From: Octopus sinensis
Lineage: Eukaryota
Direction of reading: 5' to 3'
NCBI RefSeq assembly: GCF_006345805.1
Contig: NC_042998.1
Span: 205,282,001-205,346,000 of the forward strand
DNA length: 64,000 nucleotides
In this document: positions 12,131 through 25,317 of the stretch, in pieces
Layout of the letters: each line of letters starts with the position of its first letter
Numbering within the stretch: position 1 is the stretch's first letter
Notes under the pieces: model-generated
What the model was told of the DNA's origin: nothing
Database searches by the model: none
Seen by the model: only the letters and a program-made list of their open reading frames with translations
Translations under genes and position numbers: made by a program

Positions 12131-14889
12131 GTAAGAGCAACATTTTCTTTTTGGTTTTTCCTCTATTTTCTCAGCCATTTTACCTGTCTTTGGGAGACAT
12201 TTTGCTTTGTTGATAACAAACATTGAACGGATTTTATGGATTTTAGATTTTTGGGATGTTATTGGAACATATTTTACAACTAAGTGTTTCCAGTGGTTAA
12301 GTACTCACCCTTAATGGAAGGGTTCAAAGCCATTAGCAGCTCAATAGACTGAGGCAAACATCATCATCTTTATTTTCCATCACTGCCAGATAAGACTGGA
12401 GCCTGGCACAACCTCCTGGCTTGCTAGATCCCCGGTCGAACCGTCCAACCCATGCTAGCATGGAGAACAGATGTTAAACGATGATGATGATGATGATGAT
12501 GATGTTCATACTGACCTGGGTTGGACATTTTGACAGGACCTTCTGGGTCCAAGGACTGCATCATACTTGAGGGTCTGTTTTGGCAGGGTTTCTATGGCTG
12601 GATGTCCTTCCTAACACCAACCACTTTACAGTGTACTAGGGGACTTTATTCATGGCACCAGCACTAGTTGGATCATCAAGCAACTCACAAGGTTTACAGA
12701 ACGAAGGGGCAGGACTTAGGTGGGGGTGGCTTTCTGCCAGGTGTAGAGAGGCTGAAGTAGGAACGAGAGACTGGAACAGGTGTGTTGCTGTAGAGGAGAC
12801 AGGTGGGTAATCAAGCAGGAAAGGGGGGGGAGATGAGGTGCCGGGGCATAGTCTCAAGGTACAAGAAGGTGAAAACAGGAGAGAATCAAGGATGGGTGGG
12901 GGTGGGGTTTGCAAGAGGGACTGACAGACAGTAGAGATGAGGAGAAAAGTGAATGGAGAACATGGATGGAAGTGAGGGTGATGGTGAGTCTCAGGTTGTG
13001 TGTGTGGGGGGGATGCAAGGAAAATATGAGTGGGGTAGGGAAGAGGAGGAAGTGATGAGGGGAAGAATGCATTAAATGATGGAGAGTGGAGAGCAACAGT
13101 ATAAGGAAATTAGAAATAGGGAGATGAAGTGTTGGTGGGAGGGAAGATGCAGTGATAGGGGTCATCAGTCAGAGGAAGAGGGATGGATAGTGAGTTATAA
13201 AAAGGGGTTTGATAGCAGATACGAGAGGGTATTGAGGGGAAAAGGGGGTTCAGGGGAGTTATAGTGGTAAGGGGAGTGGTTTCAAGAAGAGGGATTACGT
13301 CATGTAAAAGGGGGAAGGAATAGGGGCAGTTCTGCTCTCACACAATTAGAACAGCAGAGAAATAGTGCCGTAGTGAGAGGGATGAGGAAGAGGAGGTTGC
13401 TAAGAAGATGAGTAACTGGGAAGGTTTGATAGGTACACATTGGATGTGCAGCACACACACACACACACACACTGATAATATGCTGTTAGGTCCTCCTTTT
13501 TGCTGAGATGGAAGGGTCTTTTTGAATACCGTGAATCACCATCCCTCTTGGTATTTTGTCGTCCTTTTGGTTTCGCTCAACAACCTGAGGTTGGACTTTA
13601 CTGCTTTGTCCCACGTCTTCCTGGGTTTCCCTCTTCCCCATCATCCATCATCCGCTTAAGGGATCAGCACTTCTTTATGCAGCTGTCCCCATCCATCCGC
13701 AACACGTGACCAAACCAGTGCAGTCTCCTCTCTTGCACGGTGCACCTCATTCCTCCTGTGCCTATTTTCTTTCTCAACACATTTGCTGCACTTTGTCATA
13801 CATGCTGCACATTTGTCACTGCACATCCTGCAGCAAAGAAATGCTGGCTTCGTTTCTTTCTAGTCTTTGCCTCTCCTCTTCATTCACAACCATTTAACAA
13901 TTGTTTGCATACAAGCATCATGCAGTCTGTCTCTCACTCTGAGACAAACAAAGGTGGTCACTGTCTGAACTTTTTTCATCTCTGTTCTTATTCTAATTAC
14001 TATGTTTTCAAAGCACCCTCTGCCACTGTTAAATTGGTTACCTAGGTAACAGAAATGATCTACTACCCCTTAGCATTTGAGGGAATCTATTTCTTGTACA
14101 TTTTTAGTGTTTTTCCTTTCCCTGTACATCTGCTACACACACAAGGACTGCTTTCTCTGTTAACTTACCTGTGATTCCACTGTGTCTTTTAGGGAACCAC
14201 AGCTTGCACCAGGTACGCCTTACAGAATTCCTACCAACACCTTTCCTACATACTGAATGGGTCCAGTTTCCTGAAGGGATTAGTGGTTTATCTGTTTTCT
14301 TGCTAATTAGGACTTTGGTCTTTGCTCAGTTAACTTTAAGACCCTTTGATTCCACCAGAGCTGGTGCCACATAAAAAGCTCTGGTGCTGGTGCCACATAG
14401 AAACCCCTGGTGCTGATACCACTTAAAAAGCACCCAGTACACTTTTTACAGTTGTTGGCATTAGGAAGGGCATCCAATTGTAGAAACCATACCAGAACAA
14501 ACAATTGGACCCTGGTGCAGCTCTCTGGCTTGCCAACTCCTGTCAAACTGTCCAACCCATGCCAGCATAGAAAATGGATGTTAAATGATGATGACTTTGG
14601 ATTAAATAGTGATCAGAGGATGAAGACAGACAGACAGGCAGACGTGTGTGTGTGTGTGTTTCATAAAATGATAGTCCTGTGTGAGTGTAATTGTGTTTTA
14701 TCAGAAGGTGGTCGTACCATTTGTGGTGCCTGTGTTTCCTTGGCAATGAAATAATTTCCAAGTTAAAACCTCATTCAAGAAATGCCACTTGTGATGGATC
14801 AAGAAGTCACGAATGTTATTTAACGACTTTATTGTATGACACTATCAACATTTAACAATCTCATGCAAATGATGATGGTGATGATGATG

Positions 14890-15156
14890 ATTCTATTGTG
14901 TCTGGGGAGAGTCATTTTCTCATAAAGTAACACACTCACCAGTAAAATTTCCACTTTTTTCTTATTTTTATTCTAAAATTTTTGTTGCGTCTGGCAACCC
15001 TTTTCAATAGTTTTGACTTGAAAATATTGAAAAGGATGCAAGACGCAACGAAAATTTTAGGAAAATAAAAATAAGAAAAAAGTAGAAATGTTACCGGTGA
15101 GTGTGTTAAATCATAAGGCACCAAAAGAGAATGACTCTCCCCAGACACAACAGAAT
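14890..15156. mobile_element. palindromic MITE-like element
   Basis: arms of about 125 bp: attctattgtgtctggggagagtcatt... versus ...aatgactctccccagacacaacagaat; short central loop. Confidence 0.75.
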
Positions 15157-15974
15157 ATGCTTCAACACACAAACTCATATAAAGAATCTTGCAAACCAAA
15201 TCCCAAAATGAAATATGATGATTCAAGTTCTTTTGAAATACACAAATAGTATTACCGTATGCAAACGTGAGTGGTTAAAAATTCTTGAGAGTATTTTTTC
15301 TTAAATGTCATTAACATGTTTGATAACCGATCAGAACACTGGTGCATCTTATACTAATGAGGCCAGATAAACTGAAACATGTTCATAGTTATCTTGCTTA
15401 TCAGTAAACAAAGATTACACTTTCCTTTAAACATATCAATTAACTTTAAAGAAAATTAGCTTCTACCCTCCCATCGGCCATGTTCGGATGGCGCTTTTTA
15501 CGTGCCACTGGCACAGGGATCACAACTACAATTTCCATTTGATATTTATTTTGATGTTGATGTACTTGACTCAATAGGTCTCCTCAAGCACTCTCTTCAA
15601 CGAAATATAAATTTTGCTTGTGATGACAGCAGAATCACCAAGGATAGGTATTGTGTGTGTGTGAGACATCTTGTCAAAGGGGTTTTGATGCTGACTTAAT
15701 TTACCTCAGCAGTTTCACTGTTTCTCTCATCCTCTCTTCCCCTCACTCTCTCACTTTGTGTGTCGGCCTATTTCTCTGTATCTGCCTGCAGAGACAGCAA
15801 GTGTTTGAGTCAATTGTGTTCAATTAATGAATTGTAATGTCTCTCTTTCTCTCTCTCTCTTTTCTCCTCCCCTCTCCCCACTGTCACTGTTTGCTGCTTC
15901 TTCCTTGCTTTCTCTCTTTCTCTGCTTCTGTGTGTGTGTGTGTGTGAGCCTGTTTCTCTGTATGTCTTTATGTG

Positions 15975-18522
15975 ACATAGAGGGCAACTGGGAATTCCTG
16001 AGGGACAGCTTGCTGAGTGCCACAGACCAAATCTGTGGCTGGTGCAAAGACCTAGGGTAACATAATGGTGGAATGATGCAGGAGACAGAGCCATTAGAGC
16101 TAAGAAACAGGCCTGGAAGAATGTGTGTGTGTGTGTGGGGGGGGGGTAGCGGGTAACTGTATCAGATTGCCAGAAGGGAAACTAGGAGACAAATATATCT
16201 AACCAAGGGAGAAACAGACAAGAAGAAGTTTATCTATGTTCAGTGATGTGAGGACCAAAGAACTGAAGTATTTCGATTGCAAGACATTGTGTGAGAGAAA
16301 ATTGTGATGTCATAAGAGAGAAATGTGTCCACATGGATGATGGTGCACTTGCATTTAATGATTCTGCAAAGAAAGAGACTTGGAGATGCCATTATGAAAG
16401 ACTGCTGAATGTGGAGAATGAATGGGAGGAGGAGAATCTGACCCAGTGCGGGGACTGGTTACCTGAATTGACAGTTCCATAGTAGATAAAGCAATTAAGG
16501 ATATGAAGATAGGAAAAGCCCCCGGCCCATCAATGGTGACTGAGATGCTTAAAATATCTGGCAGTGTGGGTTATAGTCTAGTCACCTGTATTGTAAATCA
16601 GGTGGTTCATGAAGGAGCCATATCCAATGACTAGTGCAGCAGCATCATAGTCAACTGCTATAAGGGAAAAGGTGATGCCTTAGACAGAAATAATTACAGA
16701 GGTATCAAATTGTTAGATCAGGTGATGAAAGTTATAGAGAGAGTCATAGCCCAACTAATTAGGGAGAGAGTTAGTCTAGATGAGATGCAGTTTGGTTTTG
16801 TGCCCAGGTGAAAGCACCACTGATGCTATATTTCTGGTAAGGCAGCTGTAGGAGAAATACATAGCCGAAGATAAACCTCTGTACTTGGCCCTTGTTGACT
16901 TGGAGAAAGCTTTTGACAGAGTCCCCCAATCCCTTATCTGGTGGTCAATGCAGAAACTAGGGATAGATGAGTGGTTGGTGAGAGCCATATAAGCCTTGTA
17001 CAGAGTTGCTACCAGTAAGGTGAGGGTAGGCAATAAGTGCTGCGAAGAATTCAAGATAGAAGTAGAGGTTCACCAAGGATCAGTGCAAACCCCACCACTT
17101 GTTCATCATAGTCCTCCAGGCAATAACAGGGGAATTCAAGCTGCCCCTGGGAGCTCCTCTATGCTGATGACCTTGCTCTTATAAATGAATCACTACCAAA
17201 ACTAGAGAAGTTCCAGGTATGGAAGCAAGGTCTAGACTCAAAGGGCCTGAGCATTAACCTAGCTAAAACCAAAGTCGTAGTAAATAGGAAGGCAGACAGA
17301 TCACAAATCTTTTCAGGTAGATGGCTCTGTTCAATCTGTAGAAAAGGTGTTGGCAGAAACTCCATAAGATGCACCAAATGTAAGCTTTGGACACATAAAA
17401 GGTGCAGCAATATCAGTGGAAGGTTAACACGGAAACCAGCTTTTGTATGTGGAAGGTGCACAGGTACATTAAATACTGAAAATGTGCAGAAAATAGCCTC
17501 CTTCAACTGCTAGTGGGGCAAGCTAGAGGTAGTAGATAGCTTCTGTTATCTAGGTAACCAAGTTAGTAGTAGAGGTTGATGCTCCGAGAGCATAGCTGTG
17601 AGAATAAGATTAGGTTGGGCAAAGTTCAGAGAGCTCTTAACTCTGCTGGCAACAAAGGGCCTCTCTCTCAGAGTGAAAGGCAGATTTTATGATGCCTGTG
17701 TGTGAACAGCCATGCTACATGGCAGTGAAACATGGGCTGTGACAGCTGAGTACATGCATAGGCTTGAAAGAAATGGAGCCAGTATGCTTTGCTGGATGTG
17801 CAATGTCAGTGTGCGTGTACGAGAGTGTAAGCATCTTGAGAGAAAAGTTGGGAATCAGAAGTGGTTTGCAAGAGATGACTGTGCTAGTATGGTGAAGTGA
17901 TGCATATGGGTGAGGACAGCTGTGTAAAGAAGAGCCGATCTCTAACTTTGGAGGGAACCTGTGGCAGAGGTAGACCCAGCAAGACATAGGATGAGGTGGT
18001 GAAGTATGATCTTTGAACTCTGAGCCTCACAGAGACAATGACTGGTGACCGAGACCTTTGGCTGTGCTTCAGAGGCCCCGTCAAGTCAAGTGAAATCATA
18101 GTCATGGTAACTAGCACCCATGCTGGTGGTACTTAAAGAACAGAGGAAAAGTGGCTGAGTTCCTTCCGCCTCACAGAGGCAATGACTGAGACCTTTGGCA
18201 TTATGTCGGGCTTGAGAAGAAGAAGAAGACTCATCAAGCCAAGCAAAATTGCAGTTGTGGCAGATACTGGTGTCACACAAATGGCACCTGTGCCGGTGGC
18301 ATGTCAAAGCACTCCGCTATCATGCAAATGACACTTGTGCCAGTGGCACGTAAAAGCACCCATTACACTCTTGGAATAATTGGTGTTAAGAAGGGCATCC
18401 AGCCATAGAAAACCATGCCAAATCAGACTGGAGCCTGTTGCAGCCTTCCAGCCTTGCCAACCCGATCAAACCATTCAACCGATACCAACACAGACAACAA
18501 ATGTTAAATGATCATGATGATA
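15975..18522 (+). mobile_element. long degenerate RTE-type LINE (RT domain, Cys-rich insert, 3' UTR, tail)
   Basis: NNYRGIKLLDQVMK, DLEKAFDRVP, VHQGSV, LLYADDLAL, MLHGSETWA; many stops and frameshifts. Confidence 0.88.
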
Positions 18523-18814
18523 GGGTAATTGTAATGTCCCTCTCTTTGTATAGGCATATTTCTGTTGCAGTGTGTGTGCATGTGTGTTCATGTTGGCCTC
18601 CAGTGCCAAAAACTACTCTCACCAAACCATTCTGAATCTCTGGTCAGTCGTGCCAAATCCTCAGCACCCAGTCATTTCAATTAAGTTGTACAGGAGTAGA
18701 TGTGACTAATTAATTGAGTAAACGAAGGAGTCAATGAGCTCAGTTACTTAGGGACGCCATCTGCTTACTTAAACAATACACTGAGTCTGTACTAATTGTA
18801 CACTCTTCTTACAG

Positions 18815-18968
18815 GAGAGTACTAATTCTTCCCTGAACAGGACACTTCCTTCGTTATCCGGAAAAAGTCAGCCTGGAAGTCTTTTAGCATCATCCGCTCT
18901 TGAAAATGTCCTTTGTCCATCTTCAGAAGAAAATCACATTCCACAGCTGGACGGAACCCTACCAAATG
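18815..18968 (+). CDS. RPGR: RPGR exon (linker)
   Basis: ttacag acceptor, 154 nt, donor gtatgt; ESTNSSLNRTLPSLSGKSQPG...LDGTLPN; RTLP motif as in vertebrate RPGR; phase 0/1. Confidence 0.85.
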
Positions 18969-19370
18969 GTATGTATGTGTGTGTGTGTGCATGTGTGCGT
19001 GTGTGTGTGTGCATGTGTGTGTGTATATGTGCGTGCGTGTGTTTGTGCGTATGTATGTGTATTTATGTATGTATGTTTGTGTGTATGTATGGATGTATAT
19101 GTGTGTGTATTTATGTATGTTTGTGTGTATGTATGCATGTATGTATGTGTATGTATATATATGTGTGTGTATGCATGTATGTGTGAAGAATCTGAAGAAA
19201 AGGTTGTGTATGTATGTATGTGTATATATATGTATGTATATGTATGTGTGTATTCATGTGTATATATGTGTGTATTTATGTGTATATATGTATGTATATG
19301 TATGTGTGTATGTATTTGTGTGTGTGTGTTTGTATATGTATGTGTATATATGTGTGTGTGTGTGTGTATT
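18969..19370. repeat. compound (TG)/(TA)/(TATG) microsatellite
   Basis: starts directly at the exon donor gtatgt. Confidence 0.95.
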
Positions 19371-19494
19371 AATTAATTACAACCAAATTGCTTTCAGACC
19401 AAATCATGGCATTGAAAGAAATATATTTAGAGTCAAATAATAATTAGAATTATTAAGAATCACAAAATGTGGAGCAATTTTCATTGTTTTGCAG

Positions 19495-19586
19495 GGAAGT
19501 GTTTGACGGAAAATCTTAAAGAATCTGAAGAAAAGGTTGAAAATTATTCAGTAAATTCAGAAAAAGTGGCAGAAGGCATTAGCGAG
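19495..19586 (+). CDS. RPGR: RPGR exon (linker)
   Basis: ttgcag acceptor, 92 nt, donor gtgaga; GKCLTENLKESEEKVENYSVNSEKVAEGISE; phase 1/0 fits neighbours. Confidence 0.8.
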
Positions 19587-19707
19587 GTGAGAAGAATAAT
19601 AAAAAAAATATAATTTTATTGATATTTTTCAGATTTCGACCCATTTTGTTCCCCAAGACTTTACTGATGTCGTACCCTATCAGTATTTCTACTTTTATAT
19701 TCTGTAG

Positions 19708-19776
19708 TCACCAATGAGAAATTCTTCCAAAACTTTGGCACCGAAGCCAGCCCCTAGAAAACTTAAACCAAAAGAG
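19708..19776 (+). CDS. RPGR: RPGR exon (basic/Pro linker)
   Basis: ctgtag acceptor, 69 nt, donor gtttgt; SPMRNSSKTLAPKPAPRKLKPKE; phase 0/0. Confidence 0.72.
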
Positions 19777-20286
19777 GTTTGTCTTACAATGCATGGCATT
19801 TTTTAGGAAGAACCTTTCGGATTTTGGCTTTTTTCTGAATAGCTTTTATTTGGAAAAGTAAATTTAGCATTTCTAACTGGGTTTCCTTACTTTGAGATAT
19901 CCAAAGTGTGCTGCTGCCTGTGTGTCCATATATATACTACAACACACACACACACACCTGAGTCAGGAGATAATGACAAGTTGTCTTTGACCATCATCAT
20001 TTCTCTGCCCTGTTTGCTCAACCTGACTTGAAATAGCAATCAAATCCCCTCCAGTCATACCCTACCATCCTAAAAGTAGGAAGGACATATTGGATAATGT
20101 AGTCCACCATACACTGTCTCTAAAATAAGGTGAGATGGTCATGACTGGACTGCCTTTAATCACAGATCTACTCGATCAGCACTGACTTGGGGTTAAACAG
20201 TCAACCAAACTGAAAATGTTTTTCATAGGTCAACAGTTGAGCCAAACAACCAACCAGCATGTTTGTTGGGGGGGTGGAGGGGGGCA

Positions 20287-21210
20287 TTAAGGACCTTATC
20301 AAGGACTGGGGATGTGTTAAGGACCTTACTTTATCAAGGGCTGGGGATGTGTTAAGGACCTTACCTTATCAAGGGCTGGAGATGTGTTAAGGACCTTACC
20401 TTATCAAGGGCTGGAGATGTGTTAAGGACCTTACCTTATCAAGGGCTGGGGATGTGTTAAGGACCTTACCTTATCAAGGGCTGGGGATGTGTTAAGGACC
20501 TTACCTTATCAAGGGCTGGAGATTTGTTAAGGACCTTACCTATCAAGGGCTGGAGATGTGTTAAGGACCTTACCTTATCAAGGGCTGGGGATGTGTTAAG
20601 GACCTTACCTTATCAAGGGCTGGAGATGTGTTAAGGACCTTACCTTATCAAGGGCTGGGGATGTGTTAAGGACCTTAGCTTATCAAGGGCTGGGGATGTG
20701 TTAAGGACCTTACCTTATCAAGGGCTGGGGATGTGTTAAGGACCTTACCTTATCAAGGGCTGGAGATGTGTTAAGGACCTTACCTTATCAAGGGCTGGAG
20801 ATGTGTTAAGGACCTTACCTTATCAAGGGCTGGGGATGTGTTAAGGACCTTACCTTATCAAGGGCTGGAGATGTGTTAAGGACCTTACCTTATCAAGGGC
20901 TGGAGATGTGTTAAGGACCTTACCTTATCAAGGGCTGGGGATGTGTTAAGGACCTTACCTTATCAAGGGCTGGAGATGTGTTAAGGACCTTACCTTATCA
21001 AGGGCTGGGGATGTGTTAAGGACCTTAGCTTATCAAGGGCTGGGGATGTGTTAAGGACCTTACCTTATCAAGGGCTGGGGATGTGTTAAGGACCTTACCT
21101 TACCAAGGGCTGGGGATGTGTTAAGGACCTTACTTTATCAAGGGATGGAGATGTGTTAAGGGCCTTACCTTATCAAGGGCTGGAGATTTGTTAAGGACCT
21201 TATCTTATCA
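20287..21210. repeat. minisatellite, 35-bp unit, about 26 copies
   Basis: unit gatgtgttaaggaccttaccttatcaagggctgg(g/a), head-to-tail with no spacers. Confidence 0.97.
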
Positions 21211-21309
21211 AATTGTTAAATTATTTGACAGAAGTTTCCAAGTGCTAAGTACAAGGAATGGCCAGCCATGGCACCAGCAGTGCTGAAATTATGTAGAAAT
21301 AGTTAAGAG

Positions 21310-21925
21310 TGACAGAACCAGTATTAATGCCAAAATGTAAAATTGATCCTCACTTAAAAAAGTGGAGGTTTGTCTTAGAACATAAAATTCTGCATCATTT
21401 ACCATGAGAGAACCCCTCCTATGGACTTGCGGTGCATATAAGCACTCACGTCTATATCGCTAGCAGGAGATAATCCTCTGCTATTGCTGCCAGGATAGGT
21501 TCATATGAGAGGTTCTCTCATGGTAAATAACTCAGTATTCTGTGTTCTGACACAACATCAACTTCCAAGTGGGGATAAATGTTACCGTTTGCTATTATTA
21601 CCACTTCTGTCATTAATGATTATTTTCTTAATAAACCACTGACTATTTGCAACTGCAGTGCCTGATTAGATACTGGAATTCCATGTATATTACTGACAGA
21701 GGAATCGCTGCTATTTCTAGCTTTGGGTGTCTACCATTGACAAGGCTAAGGAAGGCTGAAATCACATGATCTGGTGGTCCCAGTGGCAATAGTAGCTGAT
21801 TATCTCCTGCTAGTGATATAAACAAGAGTGCTTATATGCACCACAACTCCATATGAGTAGTTCTCTTGTAAATAATGCAGTACTTTGTGTTGTAAATGCA
21901 ACATCCACTTTTAAGTGGGGATTAA
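21310..21925. repeat. composite inverted repeat (MITE-like)
   Basis: tttaccatgagagaacc (21398) versus ggttctctcatggtaaa (21511); 21345-21495 is also inverted at 21778-21925. Confidence 0.7.
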
Positions 21926-23204
21926 TATATCTTTATGTAGAAAAGGCATTGCTATATCACAGCGTTAACGAACCAATGTAAAGAGTGTTAATTTGCAGTT
22001 GTTGTTTAATTAATCCTGTTCCACACATCTGACCTAATTAAAAACCTGCTGTAATTTAAGCAGATGACATTTCTTTGTCTTCATCAGTGTATGTCCATTC
22101 TTCCATCATTGGCCATGTTTGGGTTTCTGAGGCAGTGGTTTAGGGGTGGATGTTCAACCCATTTAACCACCCTTTATTACACACAGGGGTATTGTGTCAT
22201 CCTAATTAGACTTCCAGCTTCCAGACAAGCATTGGTTGGATGCTTCAACAAGACCTTACAAGACAGAGGACTCTATCAAGCGCCACTGTTTGTTTTAGCA
22301 TGGTTTCTACTGGTAAAAATCCTTCCTAATGCCAACCATTCCATAAAGTGGACTGGGTGCTTTTTATGTGGCCCCAGTACCAGTGACTTGTGAGGTGAGA
22401 TCCCTCTACCGAGAGGGTGGATGACATTGAGGCAGGGTTAGTTTTATGCCAGACGATGATAGGGGGACAAGAACAAGTGTCTTGTTGTAGAGGGGATAAT
22501 TGGTTACCCCAGCGGGGGAAAGGGAGAAAAGATGGTGGAGATTAAGTTGCAGGACATCAAGGTTGAAGGGAAGTAGAAAATCAGGATGAAGAATTGATGA
22601 TGGCTGGATGGGTCTCTATCCCGAAACGAAGCCACAGTATTTAATCTAAAACCCTTTTTTTTATTACAACATCCAACTCATCAAAACATCTCTGCAGTCA
22701 CAGGCCACCACTATGGTTACTAATATTGTAAATAGAATTTATTACTCCATAGTACCAGTAATATTAGCAGTACTTTACAGCCATTAACATAAAGCTAACT
22801 GTCGTTGCTATTGGTTACTAACTGCTCCTGCTTAATATCGATGAATGCTGAGAATATATTGACTCTGTGCATGTAAGAGTCTTTGATTCTTTCCAAAAAT
22901 TATTGCCATTTTGAAAATGTCTACTAACCCTAACTCAGTAAACTTCACTTGAAATTTTACAAATACATGCACACATCATTTAATGTCCATTTTTCATGCT
23001 GGCATGGGTTGGAGAGTTTGACAGGCGCTGGCAAGGTGGGAGCTATATCCGGTTCCATTGTTTGTTCTGGCTTGGTTTCTACAGCTGGGTGCCCTTCCTA
23101 ATGCCAACCACTCCACAGAGTGCACTGGGTGCCTTTTATGTGGCACCAGCATGGGCGCTTTTTAGGTGATGCTAGATAAACAGCAGCCACAACAAACATC
23201 AGCA

Positions 23205-23840
23205 TCAGACCGATAATGAAGAGGTCGAAGTGGTTGATGACTTCATCTTCCTTGGCGCCAAAATAAATCGAGATGGTGACTGCACTCCAGAAATAAGATG
23301 GCGGATAGTACTAGGCAGAGAGGCAATGGTCAGCACGAGCAGGGTCTGGAAGAGTAGAGACATCAGACTCACTACCAAATGCAGATTGGTGAATGCAATT
23401 GTCTTCCCAATAGCAACATATGGATGCGAGACCTGGACACTAAAGAAAGCTGACCAGAAGAGAATTAATGCATTCAAGCTTTGGTGTTGGAGAAGACTTT
23501 TGCGGATTCCATGGACAGCGAGGCTCACCAATGGAAAAGTTCTTAAGCAGATCAGGCCGAAAACGTTGCTAGAAGCTAGGATCACCAAGCATAGATTGGC
23601 ATATTTCGGTCATATTACGCGGAGAAAATCCCTGGAGAAGGACATCATGCTCGGAATGGTCAGTGGCAAGAGAGGAAGAGGCCGACCAAGAACCCGCTGG
23701 CTTGACACCATCAAGAGTGATATCGGAATGGACATAGCCAATCTGAAAGAAGCGGTCCAGGATAGAACTGACTGGAGGACACTGATCCAACAAGTAACTG
23801 AGAGTCGACTTCAACTGAGTGGATAGATAGATAGATAAAT
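23205..23840 (+). mobile_element. 5'-truncated RTE/BovB-like LINE with an uninterrupted RT C-terminal ORF and (GATA)n tail
   Basis: 198-aa ORF DDFIFLGAKI...YGCETWT...WCWRRLLRIPWTAR...GRGRPRTRWLD; gatagataga tail. Confidence 0.9.
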
Positions 23841-24159
23841 ATATATTCATCATGATCATCATTTTAACATCCACTTATATGTATGTAAGCTGGCAGAATC
23901 GTTGGCACGTTGGGCAAAATGCTTAGCAGTATTTCACCCATCACTACGTTCTGAGTTCAAATTACAGCAAGGTTGGATTTGTTTTTCATCCTTTCGGGGT
24001 CAATAAAGTAAGTACCAGTTAATCACTGGGGTTGAAGTAATTGACTAGTCCCCCACACCTGACTGGCAGTGCCCTAGTATGGCCACAACCTTAGGGCTGA
24101 AACATAAAAGAACACAAGATTATGTATTGTGTGTGTGTATATATATATATCCATATAGG

Positions 24160-24716
24160 TAGATCCAGGAAGACATGGGATGAGGTTGTGAAGCACGACC
24201 TTCGAACGTGACTGCAAAGACCCGGCAAATAAAGTGAGTTCACGGCTGTATCCTACACCAGTTTTGCATAACCATCCCCAGACTATTGAAAAGTACCTTG
24301 GATTGTAGGGCGACCTGCTGTGCTTGAGGAGACCTATTGAGTCAAATACATCAACATCAAAATGAAAATCAAATGGAAATTGTAGTTGTAATTCCTGTAC
24401 CGGTGGCACGTAAAAAGCACCATCTGAACGTGGCCAATGCCATTGCCGCCTTGACTGGCTTCCGTGCCAGTGGCACGTAAAAAGCACCATCTGATTGTGG
24501 TCAATGCCAGCCTCCTCTGGCCCCTGTGCCAGTGGCATGTAGAAAGCATCCACTATAATCTCAGAGTGATTGGCGTTAGGAAGGGCATCCAGCTGTAGAA
24601 ACACTGCCAGATCAGACTGGAGCTTGATGCAGCCTCCTGGCTTCCCAGACGCCAGTTGAGCCGTCCAACCCATATCAGCATGGAAAATGGACGTTAAATG
24701 ATGATGATGATGATGA
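24160..24716 (+). mobile_element. 3' part of the RTE-type LINE family
   Basis: same modular UTR and (GAT)n tail as 60980-62029. Confidence 0.8.
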
Positions 24717-25317
24717 ATATCAATATTTAAGAAATTTGCATAATGCTTTGCATAATCTAATTGTATTATTCTTATGCTGATTAAAATCTGCTAACGAAAC
24801 ACTTGTAGCAACACTGAAGACTCATTCATCTTTTCTCTTCTTTTATGCCACGTCAGAGGTTCCATTCTCTGTAGATATTTTGGAATACTCTTGGAGTTGC
24901 AGATTACCGAACAACAGGGATCATATTTCATTGAGGCCCTATGGGGCTTGGATAGTGCATTACTTCACTGTCTGCTCTGCATAATTCTGTGCAGCCAATT
25001 ATTGGCAGGTTTCACATTGATATGCCTTCATCCTTTATGGGTCCATTGTGATTCGAAATATATGTGTGTGTGTGTGTATTTAATTGGGCAGGGGGCAGAA
25101 GAGTTCGGACATTTAAGAGTCCCTCTTGCCAGTCAGGTGACATAATTGATTCCTACTCCCTCCTGTCCCCACCACACCCCAGTTGATGTTCAGTTTGAGG
25201 TCAGTGTGTGGGGTGCAGTGGGAAATGGAACCAGTTACCTGCAGAAATTGAACTCAGCAAAAGCCGGCAAAGGACCAGGTAAGGGAATTGAGGCAAGTGT
25301 TCAACCACACAGCGTAA

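Noticed and set aside
12700-13440. Purine-rich tract as a possible ORF15-like exon
   Set aside because: No sustained open frame or suitable splice sites; it is attached to a repeat copy and lies upstream of the linker exons.
18900-19440. Long Cys/Val/Tyr/Met ORFs (also 57525-57893)
   Set aside because: Translations of TG/TA microsatellites.
19633-19707. Alternative acceptor tttcag at 19632 extending the 69-nt exon
   Set aside because: The intron would be only 46 nt and the extension ends in an in-frame TAG.
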